Part shown: piece by piece, positions 21,375-32,094 of the stretch | How the letters are laid out: the number at the start of each line of letters is the position of its first letter | How positions within the stretch are numbered: the first letter of the stretch is position 1 | Assembly: GCA_026989535.1 (NCBI GenBank) | Contig: JALSJD010000102.1 | Location: 2,868 to 66,867 of the forward strand | Length of the DNA: 64,000 nt | Direction: 5' to 3' | From: Cyclobacteriaceae bacterium | Lineage (GTDB): Bacteria > Bacteroidota > Bacteroidia > Cytophagales > Cyclobacteriaceae | The notes under the pieces: generated by a model | Seen by the model: the letters and a program-made list of their open reading frames with translations, nothing else | What the model was told of the DNA's origin: nothing | Database searches by the model: none | Position numbers and translations under genes: made by a program

Positions 21375-22697
21375 CTAGGCAACAGCAGCTTGAGAACGCC
21401 CTTTCACTCTACCAGACTTCATCATGCCTTCATAATGTCTCATAAGTAGGTAACTTTCTATTTGTTGTAATGTATCGAGAATTACCCCAACCATAATTAA
21501 TAGAGAAGTACCCCCATAAAACTGGGCAAAGCCCATACTAACTCCTGCTAATCCGGCAAAAGCTGGCATAATAGCAACTATTGCTAAAAATATTGAACCT
21601 GGTAAGGTTACTTTAGTTAAAATATCATCTATAAACTCTGAGGTTTGTTTACCTGGTTTAATGCCCGGCACAAAACCTCCATTACGTTTTAGGTCTTCTG
21701 CAATTTGGTTAGGATTAACCGTAATTGCCGTATAGAAAAACGTAAAAATTAAAATCATTACTGCAAACAGTCCGTTATACTGCCATGAGGAGGGATCTGA
21801 AAATGCCGTACCCACATAGGCTGCGATATCACTATCATTCGCCCAAATATTAGCAATCATTGGTGGAATAAACATTAATGCTTGTGCAAAAATGATTGGC
21901 ATAACACCTGCTGAATTTACTTTTAAAGGGATGTATTGACGTTGACCACCATACACCTTATTGCCTATAACTTGCTTGGCGTACTGCACAGGTATTTGTC
22001 GTGTGGCTTGCGTAAAGGCAACTACTGCCATTACAACAAAGAATAATGCGACCATTTCTAATACTAGCACCAAGGCTCCACTCATTCCTCTCGTCATAAT
22101 TTCACTAACCAAATAGCCCGGTAATCGTGAAATAATACCAATCATAATAAGCATTGAGATACCGTTGCCAATTCCCTTATCGGTAATTTTTTCGCCTAGC
22201 CACATGGTAAACATAGTACCTGCAACCAACACAATCATTGCACTTATTCTAAAAAAATAAGGGTCGATTACGATGGCCTCAGCTGGAACAGTTGTGGCTA
22301 AATAGCCTATTGATTGTGCTAATGTAATTGCAATGGTTAATACCCTTGTAATTTGATTAATTTTATTACGACCAGATTCTCCATCTTTTTGGAGTTTTTG
22401 GAAGTAAGGAACTGCCATACCAAGTAATTGAATTACAATGGATGCCGAAATATAAGGCATTATACCTAGTGCAAAAATTGATGCCCTGGAAAATGCTCCT
22501 CCTAAAAACGTATTTAACAACCCAAAAATACCTTGCGCTTCTGGTTGAACAGCCGCCAAGATAACAGGATCTATGCCTGGTAATACCACATACGATCCCA
22601 ATCTAAAAATTATTAAAAACCCGATGGTATTTAATATCCTTACCCTAAGGTCTTCGATAGAGAAAATATGCTTTATGGTTGTAAAAAATCGTTTCAT
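21375..22697 (-). CDS. secY: Preprotein translocase subunit SecY
   Basis: 440 aa, polytopic, in the spc-operon position. Confidence 0.97.
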   Translation of the reverse strand: MKRFFTTIKHIFSIEDLRVRILNTIGFLIIFRLGSYVVLPGIDPVILAAVQPEAQGIFGLLNTFLGGAFSRASIFALGIMPYISASIVIQLLGMAVPYFQKLQKDGESGRNKINQITRVLTIAITLAQSIGYLATTVPAEAIVIDPYFFRISAMIVLVAGTMFTMWLGEKITDKGIGNGISMLIMIGIISRLPGYLVSEIMTRGMSGALVLVLEMVALFFVVMAVVAFTQATRQIPVQYAKQVIGNKVYGGQRQYIPLKVNSAGVMPIIFAQALMFIPPMIANIWANDSDIAAYVGTAFSDPSSWQYNGLFAVMILIFTFFYTAITVNPNQIAEDLKRNGGFVPGIKPGKQTSEFIDDILTKVTLPGSIFLAIVAIMPAFAGLAGVSMGFAQFYGGTSLLIMVGVILDTLQQIESYLLMRHYEGMMKSGRVKGRSQAAVA

Positions 22698-22703
22698 ATT
22701 TAT

Positions 22704-23150
22704 TTATACAGTTTCTGCTTTACCACCCACTGCTTCAATTGCCTTTACAGCTGATGCAGAAAATTTATGTACAGTTACTTCAAGCTTTGCTTTTAATTCT
22801 CCTCTACCCAATATTTTAACATTATCGTTTTTATTGGCCAAGCCATTAGCAATAAGCAGTTCAATGTTAATTTTTTTAGCTTTTGCTTTATCCGCTAGTT
22901 CTTGTAAAGTATCAAGATTAATAGCTCTGTATTCAACACGGTTAGGGTTCGTAAAACCAAACTTAGGTAAACGTCTTTGTAAAGGCATTTGACCACCTTC
23001 AAATCCTAGTTTACGCGAATAACCAGACCTAGACTGTGCACCATTATGCCCACGTGTAGAAGTACCGCCTCTACCAGAACCTTGGCCACGACCAACTCTC
23101 TTTCCACTTTTAATAGCCCCTTCTGCAGGTTTTAATGTATGTAATTTCAT
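22704..23150 (-). CDS. rplO: 50S ribosomal protein L15
   Basis: GRGQGSGRGGTSTRGHNG. Confidence 0.97.
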   Translation of the reverse strand: MKLHTLKPAEGAIKSGKRVGRGQGSGRGGTSTRGHNGAQSRSGYSRKLGFEGGQMPLQRRLPKFGFTNPNRVEYRAINLDTLQELADKAKAKKINIELLIANGLANKNDNVKILGRGELKAKLEVTVHKFSASAVKAIEAVGGKAETV

Positions 23151-23152
23151 CT

Positions 23153-23332
23153 CTATAGCTCTTTTACTGATACTAAATGGCTTACTTTTTTCACCATCCC
23201 GGCAATTTGAGGAGTCAATTCAACCTCTACCGATTTGTCTATCTTACCCAGACCCAATGCTTTGATTGTAAGCTTTTGATCATTAGGACGTTTGATAGTA
23301 CTTTTAACTTGAGAAATTTTAACTTTAGCCAT
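23153..23332 (-). CDS. rpmD: 50S ribosomal protein L30
   Basis: Not in the ORF track. My translation is MAKVKISQVKSTIKRPNDQKLTIKALGLGKIDKSVEVELTPQIAGMVKKVSHLVSVKEL. Confidence 0.9.
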   Translation of the reverse strand: MAKVKISQVKSTIKRPNDQKLTIKALGLGKIDKSVEVELTPQIAGMVKKVSHLVSVKEL

Positions 23333-23337
23333 CTTTC

Positions 23338-23856
23338 TTATCCGTTAAAAACTGTTTCTAATGTAACTCCTCTTTGCTGTGCTACTGTATAAGCATCTCT
23401 CATTTGCATTAATGCATCAAAGGTAGCTTTTACAACATTATGAGGGTTTGAAGATCCTTTAGACTTAGCCAATACATCTTTAACTCCTGCACTTTCAAGC
23501 ACGGCTCTCATAGCACCACCTGCAATTACTCCTGTACCAGGAGAAGCTGGTTTAAGTAAAACCAAACCACCGCTATATTTACCAATGGCATCGTGAGGAA
23601 CTGTATTTCTAAATAAAGGAACTTTTACCAAGTTTTTCTTAGCATCATCCACTCCTTTAGCAATGGCATCTACCACTTCGTTCGCTTTGCCTAGTCCGTA
23701 TCCAACCACTCCTTTACCATCGCCTACTACTATAATGGCAGAAAAACTAAATCTTCGACCACCTTTAACAACCTTTGCAACACGGTTGATAGAAACAACC
23801 TTTTCTTGAAGGTCGATATCGCTGGCTTTTATTGCTCTAATATTATTTTGTGACAT
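23338..23856 (-). CDS. rpsE: 30S ribosomal protein S5
   Basis: [16 protein letters not shown]. Confidence 0.97.
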   Translation of the reverse strand: MSQNNIRAIKASDIDLQEKVVSINRVAKVVKGGRRFSFSAIIVVGDGKGVVGYGLGKANEVVDAIAKGVDDAKKNLVKVPLFRNTVPHDAIGKYSGGLVLLKPASPGTGVIAGGAMRAVLESAGVKDVLAKSKGSSNPHNVVKATFDALMQMRDAYTVAQQRGVTLETVFNG

Positions 23857-23862
23857 AATTAC

Positions 23863-24210
23863 TTAAAATTTAAGACCACCCTCACGAGCGCCATCGGCCA
23901 ATGCTTTTACTTTTCCGTGGTATTGGTAACCACTTCTATCAAATAATACGGTTTTAACACCAGCAGCTTTAGCACGTTCGGCTAGCTTAGAACCTACCAA
24001 CTTTGCACTGTCTATATTACTTCCTTTAGAGCCTAACTCTATAGAGTTAGCTGCTGCAACTGTATGCCCTTTAGCATCATCTACTAATTGAGCGTAAACA
24101 GCTTTATTACTTTTAAATACGGCAAGTCTAGGACGTTCTGAAGTTCCGACTATTTTATTTCGGATACCTCTACGTATTCTTAGTCTTCTATTTGACTTCG
24201 TTAATTTCAT
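23863..24210 (-). CDS. rplR: 50S ribosomal protein L18
   Basis: RPRLAVFKSNK..YAQ; FDRSGYQYHGKVKA. Confidence 0.97.
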   Translation of the reverse strand: MKLTKSNRRLRIRRGIRNKIVGTSERPRLAVFKSNKAVYAQLVDDAKGHTVAAANSIELGSKGSNIDSAKLVGSKLAERAKAAGVKTVLFDRSGYQYHGKVKALADGAREGGLKF

Positions 24211-24218
24211 CTCGTCAA

Positions 24219-24770
24219 TTATTTAGCGGCAGTTTTACCTGCTTTTCTTCTAATTACCTCACCAACAAATTTGATACCCTTACCTTTGTATGGCTCAATT
24301 TTTCTTAGTGATCTTATTTTAGCAGCAACCTGCCCAATTAATTGCTTATCGTTACTTTCAAGCACTACCATTGGAGCTTTACCTTTAGCACTTTCCGCAC
24401 TAATTTTTACTTCTGCAGGAATCTGAAATATGATATTATGCGAATAACCTAAGGTTAGATCTAGTAAATTACCTTGAACCGAAGCTCTGTAACCAACACC
24501 AATTAGTTCTAATTCTTTTTTATACCCCTCAGAAACACCCACAACAGCATTTTGCAATAGAGATCTATAAAGACCGTGAAGGGCTTTGTGTCTTTTTTGC
24601 TCTGTTGGACGTTTGAGTATATATGCTCCGTCATTTTCTTCAAGCTTAAACTCAGCATTAATTTCCTGAGAAAGCTCCCCTTTAGGTCCCTTAAATGTAA
24701 CTACATTTTCTGCAATAGAAAGTGTTACTCCGTCAGGGATGCTAATTGGCTTATTACCTATTCTCGACAT
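24219..24770 (-). CDS. rplF: 50S ribosomal protein L6
   Basis: MSRIGNKPISIP.GV. Confidence 0.97.
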   Translation of the reverse strand: MSRIGNKPISIPDGVTLSIAENVVTFKGPKGELSQEINAEFKLEENDGAYILKRPTEQKRHKALHGLYRSLLQNAVVGVSEGYKKELELIGVGYRASVQGNLLDLTLGYSHNIIFQIPAEVKISAESAKGKAPMVVLESNDKQLIGQVAAKIRSLRKIEPYKGKGIKFVGEVIRRKAGKTAAK

Positions 24771-24782
24771 TTGTCTTTTGTA

Positions 24783-25181
24783 TTAATATACGTTACACAA
24801 TACTTCTCCACCAATATTTTGCCTTACAGCCTCTTTGTTAGTCATTACCCCTTTCGATGTGGAAAGAATGGCAATTCCTAAACCATTAAGAACTCTTGGC
24901 ATTGTATCAGTGCTTGCATATTTTCTTAAACCAGGCTTGCTTATCCTTTCTAAGCTTACAATTGCACTTTGTTTAGTGCTAGGATTGTATTTTAAAGCGA
25001 TTTTAATTTGCCCTTGGGTATTAACATCGGCTTCAAATTTATAGCTTTGGATAAACCCGTTTGCATGCAAAACCATTGTCATCTCTCTCTTTAATTTAGA
25101 AGAAGGAATATCAACGATTCTTTTGTTGGCTTTAATCGCATTTCTAAGCCTTGTTAAGTAATCTGCTATTGGATCAGTCAT
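24783..25181 (-). CDS. rpsH: 30S ribosomal protein S8
   Basis: Conserved N-terminus MTDPIADYLTRLRNA at ATG 25181. The ORF-track start at 25235 adds 18 non-conserved residues. Confidence 0.95.
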   Translation of the reverse strand: MTDPIADYLTRLRNAIKANKRIVDIPSSKLKREMTMVLHANGFIQSYKFEADVNTQGQIKIALKYNPSTKQSAIVSLERISKPGLRKYASTDTMPRVLNGLGIAILSTSKGVMTNKEAVRQNIGGEVLCNVY

Positions 25182-25280
25182 TTTTATTTTACTTAAATTT
25201 ACTGCCCGCTTTCGAAACGGGTTGCAAAAATACAAGTTATTTTTTAATATTCAAAAGTTAATTTTAACCTTTAAAATTTA

Positions 25281-25550
25281 TTACCAGCTTGCTTTAGTTA
25301 CCCCTGGAATTTTACCTTGGCTGGCCATTTCTCTAAAGGTTACCCTTGAGATACCAAACCTTCTCATGTATCCTTTAGGTCTGCCTGTCATTTTACATCT
25401 ATTGTGTAATCTAACTCTGGATGAATTCCTTGGTAATTTATCAAGTCCAACGTAATCGCCTGCTTCTTTTAATGCTTTACGCTTTTCAGCATAACGAGCC
25501 ACTAGTTTTTCTCTTTTTCTTTCGCGCGCTTTAATTGATTCTCTTGCCAT
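25281..25550 (-). CDS. rpsN: 30S ribosomal protein S14 (long form)
   Basis: 89 aa with R.RC..TGRP.G and a terminal KASW. Confidence 0.95.
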   Translation of the reverse strand: MARESIKARERKREKLVARYAEKRKALKEAGDYVGLDKLPRNSSRVRLHNRCKMTGRPKGYMRRFGISRVTFREMASQGKIPGVTKASW

Positions 25551-25553
25551 TTC

Positions 25554-26117
25554 TTAGTTAGAGTTAGCGTTTTTATTTTTAAAAGGCATACCAAATGCCT
25601 TCAGTAATTCGTATCCTTCTTCATCCGTATTAGCTGTAGTAACAATGGTAATGTTCATACCGCTAATTTTATTAATTTTATCAATGCTTATTTCAGGAAA
25701 AATAATTTGCTCTTTTACACCCAAGGTATAATTACCCCTTCCGTCAAATCCTTTTTCATTAACACCTCTAAAATCTCGAACTCTGGGTAAAGCAACCGTC
25801 ATTAAACGATCGAGAAATTCATACATTTGAGTTCCTCGAAGTGTAACTCTGGCACCAATAGGCATATCTTCTCTTAACTTAAAGTTAGATATCGCATTTT
25901 TTGATACAGTTTCTACTGCTTTTTGTCCAGAAATAATACTTAATTCTTCTACACCTGCATCGATTAATTTCTTATCGGCTACAGCAGCTCCAATTCCTTT
26001 ATTGATGCTGATTTTCTCAATTCGAGGCACTTGCATTGTTGACTTGTACTGAAACTTGTCTTTTAATACAGGCACGATGTCCTTAAGATATTGGTCTTTT
26101 AATCTAGGATTAGCCAT
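25554..26117 (-). CDS. rplE: 50S ribosomal protein L5
   Basis: Operon position and [17 protein letters not shown]. Confidence 0.97.
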   Translation of the reverse strand: MANPRLKDQYLKDIVPVLKDKFQYKSTMQVPRIEKISINKGIGAAVADKKLIDAGVEELSIISGQKAVETVSKNAISNFKLREDMPIGARVTLRGTQMYEFLDRLMTVALPRVRDFRGVNEKGFDGRGNYTLGVKEQIIFPEISIDKINKISGMNITIVTTANTDEEGYELLKAFGMPFKNKNANSN

Positions 26118-26452
26118 TATACAACGTCTCCGGTTTTCTTAGAAAATCTTACTAATTTGCCATCTTGGAGTTTTCTACCTGTACGGGTAGCGTCTCCAGT
26201 TTTGGCGTCCACTAACATTACATTACTAATATGAATGGCAGCTTCTGTTTTTGTTATTCCACCTTCTGGGCTTGCTGCCGATGGCTTAATATGCTTTGTA
26301 ACCACATTAATTCCTTCTACAATTACCCTTCTTTTTGAGGCAATAACTTCAAGCACTACGCCTGTTTTACCATTTGCATTGCCAGCAATTACTTTAACAG
26401 TATCGCCTTTTTTTACGTGCAATTTTGGTTGCTTATTACTTTTTCTTTCCAT
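26117..26452 (-). CDS. rplX: 50S ribosomal protein L24
   Basis: KKGDTV.VIAG...GK.G.V KOW motif. Confidence 0.95.
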   Translation of the reverse strand: MERKSNKQPKLHVKKGDTVKVIAGNANGKTGVVLEVIASKRRVIVEGINVVTKHIKPSAASPEGGITKTEAAIHISNVMLVDAKTGDATRTGRKLQDGKLVRFSKKTGDVV

Positions 26453-26454
26453 TG

Positions 26455-26823
26455 TTACAGTACTTCAGGTGCCAATGAAACAATTTTCATAAATTGCTTT
26501 TCGCGCAACTCTCTGGCCACAGGGCCAAAAATACGAGTGCCTCTAGGCTCATCGGTAGGCGTAAGCAATACAGCAGCATTGTCTTCAAAACGGATATAAG
26601 ATCCATCTTTTCTTCTTATTTCCTTTTTTGTTCTTACTATTACAGCTCTAGAAACGGTGCCTTTTTTAAGGCTACTAGAAGACATTGCACTTTTAACAGT
26701 TACAATAATTTTGTCTCCTACAGAAGCATATCTTTTTCCTGTACCTCCTAAAACTCGGATACAAAGAACTTCTTTTGCTCCACTATTATCTGCTACGCTA
26801 AGTCGTGATTCTTGTTGTATCAT
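26455..26823 (-). CDS. rplN: 50S ribosomal protein L14
   Basis: [25 protein letters not shown]. Confidence 0.97.
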   Translation of the reverse strand: MIQQESRLSVADNSGAKEVLCIRVLGGTGKRYASVGDKIIVTVKSAMSSSSLKKGTVSRAVIVRTKKEIRRKDGSYIRFEDNAAVLLTPTDEPRGTRIFGPVARELREKQFMKIVSLAPEVL

Positions 26824-26825
26824 TA

Positions 26826-27083
26826 TTATTTAGCCCTCTCGATTATTTCAACTAATCTCCATCTTTTGTTCTTGCTCAACGGACGAGTTTCCATAATTTT
26901 TACAGTATCACCGATACCGCAGTCATTGGTTTCATCGTGAGCTGAAAACTTATTAGTTTTATTAATAAACTTTCCATATAAAGGGTGCTTTACCTTACGG
27001 TTAACTGCAATAGTGATGGTTTTATCCATTTTATTGCTTACCACAACCCCTACTCTTTCTTTTCTTAAATTTCTTGATTCCAT
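26826..27083 (-). CDS. rpsQ: 30S ribosomal protein S17
   Basis: [23 protein letters not shown]. The ORF-track start at 27098 is also possible. Confidence 0.93.
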   Translation of the reverse strand: MESRNLRKERVGVVVSNKMDKTITIAVNRKVKHPLYGKFINKTNKFSAHDETNDCGIGDTVKIMETRPLSKNKRWRLVEIIERAK

Positions 27084-27087
27084 CGTA

Positions 27088-27282
27088 TTAGTTCTCAAGT
27101 GTTTTTGCAGTCAAAGCAGTTTCTAACCTAGCGATTAATTTACGAGTAACCTGAATTTTCATTGGGTTCTCAATTGGTGAAATAGCATGCGCAAATTTTA
27201 ATTTTTGCATTGCTTCACGTTCGCCAATCAGCTTTTGTTTAATTTCTTCGACCGACAAGGCCTTTATTTCTGAATTTTTCAT
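27088..27282 (-). CDS. rpmC: 50S ribosomal protein L29
   Basis: 64 aa, in the operon position. Confidence 0.93.
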   Translation of the reverse strand: MKNSEIKALSVEEIKQKLIGEREAMQKLKFAHAISPIENPMKIQVTRKLIARLETALTAKTLEN

Positions 27283-27285
27283 GCT

Positions 27286-27708
27286 CTATTCCTCTATATA
27301 ATCGTTACGAACAGAAAACTTTGTTGCCATAGGAAGCTTTTGTTGAGCTAATCTCATGGCTTCTTTAGCAGTTTCTTTATCCACACCACCTGCTTCGAAC
27401 ATGATAGTGCCAGGCCTAACAACAGCTACCCAATACTCAGGAGCTCCTTTACCTTTACCCATCCTTACTTCCGCAGGTTTTTTAGTGATTGGTTTGTCTG
27501 GGAAAATACGTATCCATACTTGACCCTGACGTTTCATAGCTCTTGTCATTGCAATACGAGCGGCCTCAATTTGGCGACTTGTAATCCAACCTGCTTCTAA
27601 TGCTTTAATAGCAAAAGCACCAAAGGCTATTCTATGACCACGAGAAGCAAGGCCTTTAATCCTACCCTTCTGCTTCTTTCTAAATTTCGTTCTTTTTGGC
27701 TGTAACAT
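27286..27708 (-). CDS. rplP: 50S ribosomal protein L16
   Basis: [15 protein letters not shown]. Confidence 0.97.
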   Translation of the reverse strand: MLQPKRTKFRKKQKGRIKGLASRGHRIAFGAFAIKALEAGWITSRQIEAARIAMTRAMKRQGQVWIRIFPDKPITKKPAEVRMGKGKGAPEYWVAVVRPGTIMFEAGGVDKETAKEAMRLAQQKLPMATKFSVRNDYIEE

Positions 27709-27799
27709 TTTTTTATACTTTTCCTACTTATTCTTATTAAGTAGTAACCAATCCTACGCCCGTTTTCTCGATAGTTATCGAAACTGGCTTGCAGGCAAA

Positions 27800-28543
27800 T
27801 TAATTTCTGTTTCTTCTGTTAGGTGCTCCACCTTCTCTACGATCGTGGCCGCCTCTACGGCCGCCACCACGCTTACCACCTTGGTTTCCAGCACCGATGT
27901 TTGGAGATAAATCACGCTTACCATATACTTCTCCTTTAAATATCCACACTTTGATACCGATGATACCATAAATAGTGTTAGACTCAGATAAAGCATAGTC
28001 GATGTCTGCTCTTAGCGTATGCAATGGAATTCGTCCATCTTTATACTGCTCAGAACGTGCCATTTCAGCCCCCCCTACACGGCCAGAAACTTTTATTTTA
28101 ATTCCTTGAGCTCCTACACGCATTGCAGATGCAATTGCTTGTTTCATGGCTCTACGGAAAGAGATTCTTGCTTTTAATTGTTGGGCGATAGATTCACCTA
28201 CCAATTTAGCATCTAACTCAGGACGTTTAATCTCAAAAATATTAATTTGAATATCTTTATTGATAAGCTTTTTAAGCTCCTCTTTAATACGATCAACTTC
28301 AGAACCTCCTTTACCAATTACCACCCCCGGACGAGCCGTGTGAATGGTTAAGGTTACTCTTTTAATTGTACGCTCAATTATAATTTTTGAAATGTTTCCT
28401 TTTGGAATACGCGCATAAACATATTTACGAATCTTTTGATCCTCAACTAGTTTATCAGCGAAGGTATCTCCACCATACCAGTTAGAATCCCAACCACGTA
28501 TAATACCTAATCTTAAACCTACAGGGTTAACTTTTTGTCCCAT
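27800..28543 (-). CDS. rpsC: 30S ribosomal protein S3 with Arg/Gly-rich C-terminal tail
   Basis: Conserved start [13 protein letters not shown] at 28543; the ORF-track start at 28588 would overlap rplV. The tail is [31 protein letters not shown]. Confidence 0.95.
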   Translation of the reverse strand: MGQKVNPVGLRLGIIRGWDSNWYGGDTFADKLVEDQKIRKYVYARIPKGNISKIIIERTIKRVTLTIHTARPGVVIGKGGSEVDRIKEELKKLINKDIQINIFEIKRPELDAKLVGESIAQQLKARISFRRAMKQAIASAMRVGAQGIKIKVSGRVGGAEMARSEQYKDGRIPLHTLRADIDYALSESNTIYGIIGIKVWIFKGEVYGKRDLSPNIGAGNQGGKRGGGRRGGHDRREGGAPNRRNRN

Positions 28544-28544
28544 G

Positions 28545-28937
28545 CTATTTCTTATTATCAGATTCGTTAGACTCAGCTGCTTCTGCAACCACTTCGTTTA
28601 AGCTATCAACCACTAATGTTACGTGGTTAGAACGCTTTCTAATTCTATGTGCTCTACCTTGAGGTGCAGGACGTAAACGCTTAAGCATTTTGCCGCTATC
28701 CACTTTAATCTCTTTAATAAAAAGATCTGCTTTCTCTAGTTGAACATCTTCATTTTTATTTTGCCAGTTGGCAATCGCACTTAAAAGGAGTTTCTCCAAT
28801 TTAGCAGCCCCAACTCTAGGCTCAAACTTCAAAATACTCAATGCATTATTCACTCGCTCGCCTCTTACAAGGTCAGCCACCAAACGCATTTTTCTTGGTG
28901 AAGTAGGTACGTTATTTAATTTAGCTATAGCCTCCAT
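28545..28937 (-). CDS. rplV: 50S ribosomal protein L22
   Basis: [14 protein letters not shown]. Confidence 0.95.
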   Translation of the reverse strand: MEAIAKLNNVPTSPRKMRLVADLVRGERVNNALSILKFEPRVGAAKLEKLLLSAIANWQNKNEDVQLEKADLFIKEIKVDSGKMLKRLRPAPQGRAHRIRKRSNHVTLVVDSLNEVVAEAAESNESDNKK

Positions 28938-28942
28938 AATAA

Positions 28943-29221
28943 TTACCTTCTACCTTTATCTTTTTTACCAACATGACCTCTATAATTTCTAGTTGGAGCA
29001 AATTCCCCTAGTTTATGCCCTACCATGTTTTCAGTAACATATACAGGAATAAACTTATTGCCATTATGCACAGCAAAGGTATATCCAACAAAATCTGGCG
29101 AAATCATTGATCTTCTCGACCAAGTCTTAATTACAGACTTTTTACCGGATTCGCTCATTTTATCGACTTTGTTCTCAAGTCTAAAATCGATGTATGGCCC
29201 TTTTTTTAACGATCTTGCCAT
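28943..29221 (-). CDS. rpsS: 30S ribosomal protein S19
   Basis: [10 protein letters not shown]...GHKLGEF..TR. Confidence 0.97.
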   Translation of the reverse strand: MARSLKKGPYIDFRLENKVDKMSESGKKSVIKTWSRRSMISPDFVGYTFAVHNGNKFIPVYVTENMVGHKLGEFAPTRNYRGHVGKKDKGRR

Positions 29222-30042
29222 TATTTTCTTTTCGTAATTATAAACCTATTAGAATACTTCTTCTTTGATCTGGTTTTAAAGCCTTTGGCTAAAACACCTG
29301 TTCTAGATCTTGGATGACCACCAGATGCACGGCCTTCACCACCACCCATGGGGTGATCAACAGGGTTCATGGCAACACCTCTTACTCTTGGTCTTCTACC
29401 TAACCATCTGTTTCTACCTGCTTTACCCAAGCGAACATTCATATGATCAGAGTTGCCAACCGAACCAATAGTAGCTAAACAAGTAACCAACACCATTCTC
29501 ATTTCGCCAGAAGGTAATTTAAGCGTAGCATATTTGCCTTCTCTTGCCAAGAGTTGTGCATAAGACCCTGCACTTCTTGACATGGCTGCTCCTTTGCCAG
29601 GCTTTAACTCAATATTATGAATTACAGTACCTAAAGGAATATCAGATAGGTATAGAGCGTTTCCAATTTCAGGTGCAATATCTTTACCCGAAACAATTTT
29701 TTGCCCTACTTCTAATCCTTCTGGTGCAATTATGTACGTTTTAGTACCATCCGCATAAACAGCCAATGCTACACGAGCTGATCTTGATGGATCGTACTCT
29801 ACCGACTTAATAGTTGCTGGGATACCAAATTTGTTTCTTTTAAAATCAACAATTCTAATTTTCTTTTTATGACCTCCACCAATATTGCGGATGGTCATTT
29901 TACCAGTATTGTTTCTACCACCAGATCTTTTAGACGTAACAAGCAATGACTTCTCCGGTGTTGATGAGGTAATTTCATCAAACATAGGAGCCACTCTAAA
30001 TCGCTGTCCTGGGGTTATCGGTCTTAATTTTTTTACTGCCAT
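29221..30042 (-). CDS. rplB: 50S ribosomal protein L2
   Basis: GRNN.G..T.R..GGGHK; [13 protein letters not shown]. Confidence 0.97.
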   Translation of the reverse strand: MAVKKLRPITPGQRFRVAPMFDEITSSTPEKSLLVTSKRSGGRNNTGKMTIRNIGGGHKKKIRIVDFKRNKFGIPATIKSVEYDPSRSARVALAVYADGTKTYIIAPEGLEVGQKIVSGKDIAPEIGNALYLSDIPLGTVIHNIELKPGKGAAMSRSAGSYAQLLAREGKYATLKLPSGEMRMVLVTCLATIGSVGNSDHMNVRLGKAGRNRWLGRRPRVRGVAMNPVDHPMGGGEGRASGGHPRSRTGVLAKGFKTRSKKKYSNRFIITKRK

Positions 30043-30054
30043 CTTTCTTCTAAA

Positions 30055-30345
30055 TTAAATACCGCTGTAGAAATCAATAACTTCTCCATCGGCAACAGTA
30101 ATAATTGCTTTTTTATAAGCAGCAGTTTTACCTGATACCACTCTTTGCTTAGTAAACCTAGATTTAGATTTACCGCCATAGCGCATCGTGTTAACATCGG
30201 CTACGGTTACACCGTACATTTTTTCTACCGCTTTTTTAATTTCTACTTTATTGGCATTAATATCTACCACAAAGCCATATTTACCTGACTCATTTTGAGC
30301 CGACACCTTTTCGGTGATGATAGGTCTTTTTAGTATAGCACTCAT
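30055..30345 (-). CDS. rplW: 50S ribosomal protein L23
   Basis: 96 aa, in the operon position. Confidence 0.93.
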   Translation of the reverse strand: MSAILKRPIITEKVSAQNESGKYGFVVDINANKVEIKKAVEKMYGVTVADVNTMRYGGKSKSRFTKQRVVSGKTAAYKKAIITVADGEVIDFYSGI

Positions 30346-30971
30346 GACAATAACGTTTTTTCGATTTTCTCCATTGAACCTTCAGCTATTATTAAGGTAT
30401 CTGCATTTAATACATCGTAGGTATTTAACTGCTCCGCAGTAGTTACTTTGGTGTTTTTAATGTTTCTACCTGATAAAACAACATTTGAGTCTGCACTAGG
30501 CATAACAAATAGTGTTTTCTTGTCGCTCATTTTCAAATCACCCAACATAGCCAAATAGCTTTTTGTTTTAGGGGCATCAAATGAAAAATCTTCGATAACT
30601 GAGATTGCTTTTTCTTTTGCTTTATAAGCAAGTGCCGATTTACGGGCAACTACTTTAAGCTTTTTATTTAGTTTAAAGGAATAGTCTCTTGGCTTAGGGC
30701 CAAAAACACGACCACCACCTCTGAATATTGGTGATTTAATACTACCCGCACGAGCAGTACCAGTTCCTTTTTGCTTCTTAATTTTACGAGTAGATCCTGA
30801 AATATCAGCTCTCTCTTTCGACTTGTGCGTGCCTTGGCGTTGGTTAGCTAAGTATTGCTTTACATCAAGGTAGATGGCATGATCGTTTGGCTCTACACCA
30901 AAGATATCTTTAGAAAGTTTAGCCTTTCTACCTGCCTCTTGTCCGTTTATTTTTATTATTTCAACATTCAT
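30342..30971 (-). CDS. rplD: 50S ribosomal protein L4
   Basis: [22 protein letters not shown]. Confidence 0.97.
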   Translation of the reverse strand: MNVEIIKINGQEAGRKAKLSKDIFGVEPNDHAIYLDVKQYLANQRQGTHKSKERADISGSTRKIKKQKGTGTARAGSIKSPIFRGGGRVFGPKPRDYSFKLNKKLKVVARKSALAYKAKEKAISVIEDFSFDAPKTKSYLAMLGDLKMSDKKTLFVMPSADSNVVLSGRNIKNTKVTTAEQLNTYDVLNADTLIIAEGSMEKIEKTLLS

Positions 30972-30974
30972 GGC

Positions 30975-31607
30975 CTACTTCGCTAATACTACAGTTGAAT
31001 TTTTAGGCCCTGGAATAGAACCATTTATAACTATCAAGTTTTTTTCAGGTATAATTTTAAGCACCTGTAAATTGGTAACCGTAGCTTTTTTGCCACCCAT
31101 TCTACCTGCCATTCTCATACCTTTAAAAACACGTGCAGGGTAAGATGCTCCACCAATAGAACCTGGTGCTCTTAACCTGTTATGCTGGCCGTGTGTTGCT
31201 TGGCCAACTCCTGCAAAATTATGTCTTTTAACAACCCCTTGAAATCCTTTACCTTTAGAGGTAGCAGAGGCATCTAAAAAATCACCTTCAACAAAAATAT
31301 CTTCAATTTTAACTTCTTGTCCTAATTGAATTCCACCTTCAAATTCATCCCTAAAATCTCTAAACTCAACAACATGTTGTTTAGGGGTGGTTTTTGCTTT
31401 GTCAAAATGACCTTTTAATGCTTTAGGGGTATTTTTTTCCTTACGCTCTCCGTAAGACAATTGAACAGCCATGTAGCCGTCAGTCTCCGTATTTTTAACT
31501 TGTGTTACTACACAAGGACCAGCTTCAATAACTGTGCATGGAATGTTCTTTCCATCGGCACCATAAAGGCTAGTCATTCCGATCTTTCTTCCTATTATAC
31601 CAGACAT
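30975..31607 (-). CDS. rplC: 50S ribosomal protein L3
   Basis: Conserved start [12 protein letters not shown] at 31607; the ORF-track start is at 31643. Confidence 0.95.
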   Translation of the reverse strand: MSGIIGRKIGMTSLYGADGKNIPCTVIEAGPCVVTQVKNTETDGYMAVQLSYGERKEKNTPKALKGHFDKAKTTPKQHVVEFRDFRDEFEGGIQLGQEVKIEDIFVEGDFLDASATSKGKGFQGVVKRHNFAGVGQATHGQHNRLRAPGSIGGASYPARVFKGMRMAGRMGGKKATVTNLQVLKIIPEKNLIVINGSIPGPKNSTVVLAK

Positions 31608-31663
31608 TTTTTTTAATTTATTTTCCCTTTTAGGCAAAGCCACTCTTGACCCCTTTTTCTAAG

Positions 31664-31677
31664 GGACTGCAAAGATA
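31664..31677 (-). promoter_or_regulatory. Candidate promoter, TATCTTTGCAGTCC 14-mer containing a -7 box
   Basis: An identical 14-mer also occurs upstream of rpsL (35132-35145) and ssrA (39371-39384). Confidence 0.45.
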
Positions 31678-31734
31678 GCAATTAAAATTTTCTTTCCAAG
31701 AGGTGCAATACATATTTATTACACGTTGAAGTAA

Positions 31735-31767
31735 AAAGAAGAACCAACTTTAAATCGGTTCTTCTTT
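31735..31767 (-). terminator. Intrinsic terminator or attenuator hairpin between rpsJ and rplC
   Basis: Perfect 11-bp stem AAAGAAGAACC / GGTTCTTCTTT with an 11-nt loop. There is a T-rich tail on the minus strand, 19 nt after the rpsJ stop. Confidence 0.5.
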
Positions 31768-31785
31768 ATAACATATTTTTACTTA

Positions 31786-32091
31786 TCAGACCTTGATTTC
31801 AACGTCAACCCCACTAGGCAACTCAATTTTCATAAGCGCATCAACTGTTTTAGAGCTTGCAGAAAAAATATCTAGCAAACGCTTATAGGTACATAGTTGA
31901 AATTGCTCACGTGCCTTTTTGTTTACGTGTGGCGATTTAAGTACTGTAAATTTCTCTTTTACTGTGGGTAATGGAATTGGTCCATTAACCACAGCGCCAG
32001 TTGCTTTTACTGCACGTACAATCTTTTCAGATGACTTATCAACCAAGTTATGATCGTAAGACTTTAATTTTATTCTAATCTTCTGGTTCAT
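31786..32091 (-). CDS. rpsJ: 30S ribosomal protein S10
   Basis: [12 protein letters not shown]. Confidence 0.97.
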   Translation of the reverse strand: MNQKIRIKLKSYDHNLVDKSSEKIVRAVKATGAVVNGPIPLPTVKEKFTVLKSPHVNKKAREQFQLCTYKRLLDIFSASSKTVDALMKIELPSGVDVEIKV

Positions 32092-32094
32092 AAC

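Noticed and set aside
27775-27996. 73-aa minus-strand ORF overlapping the rpsC 3' end in another frame
   Set aside because: It overlaps the conserved S3 frame, and its composition reflects the alternative reading of the RGG-coding tail. No independent support.
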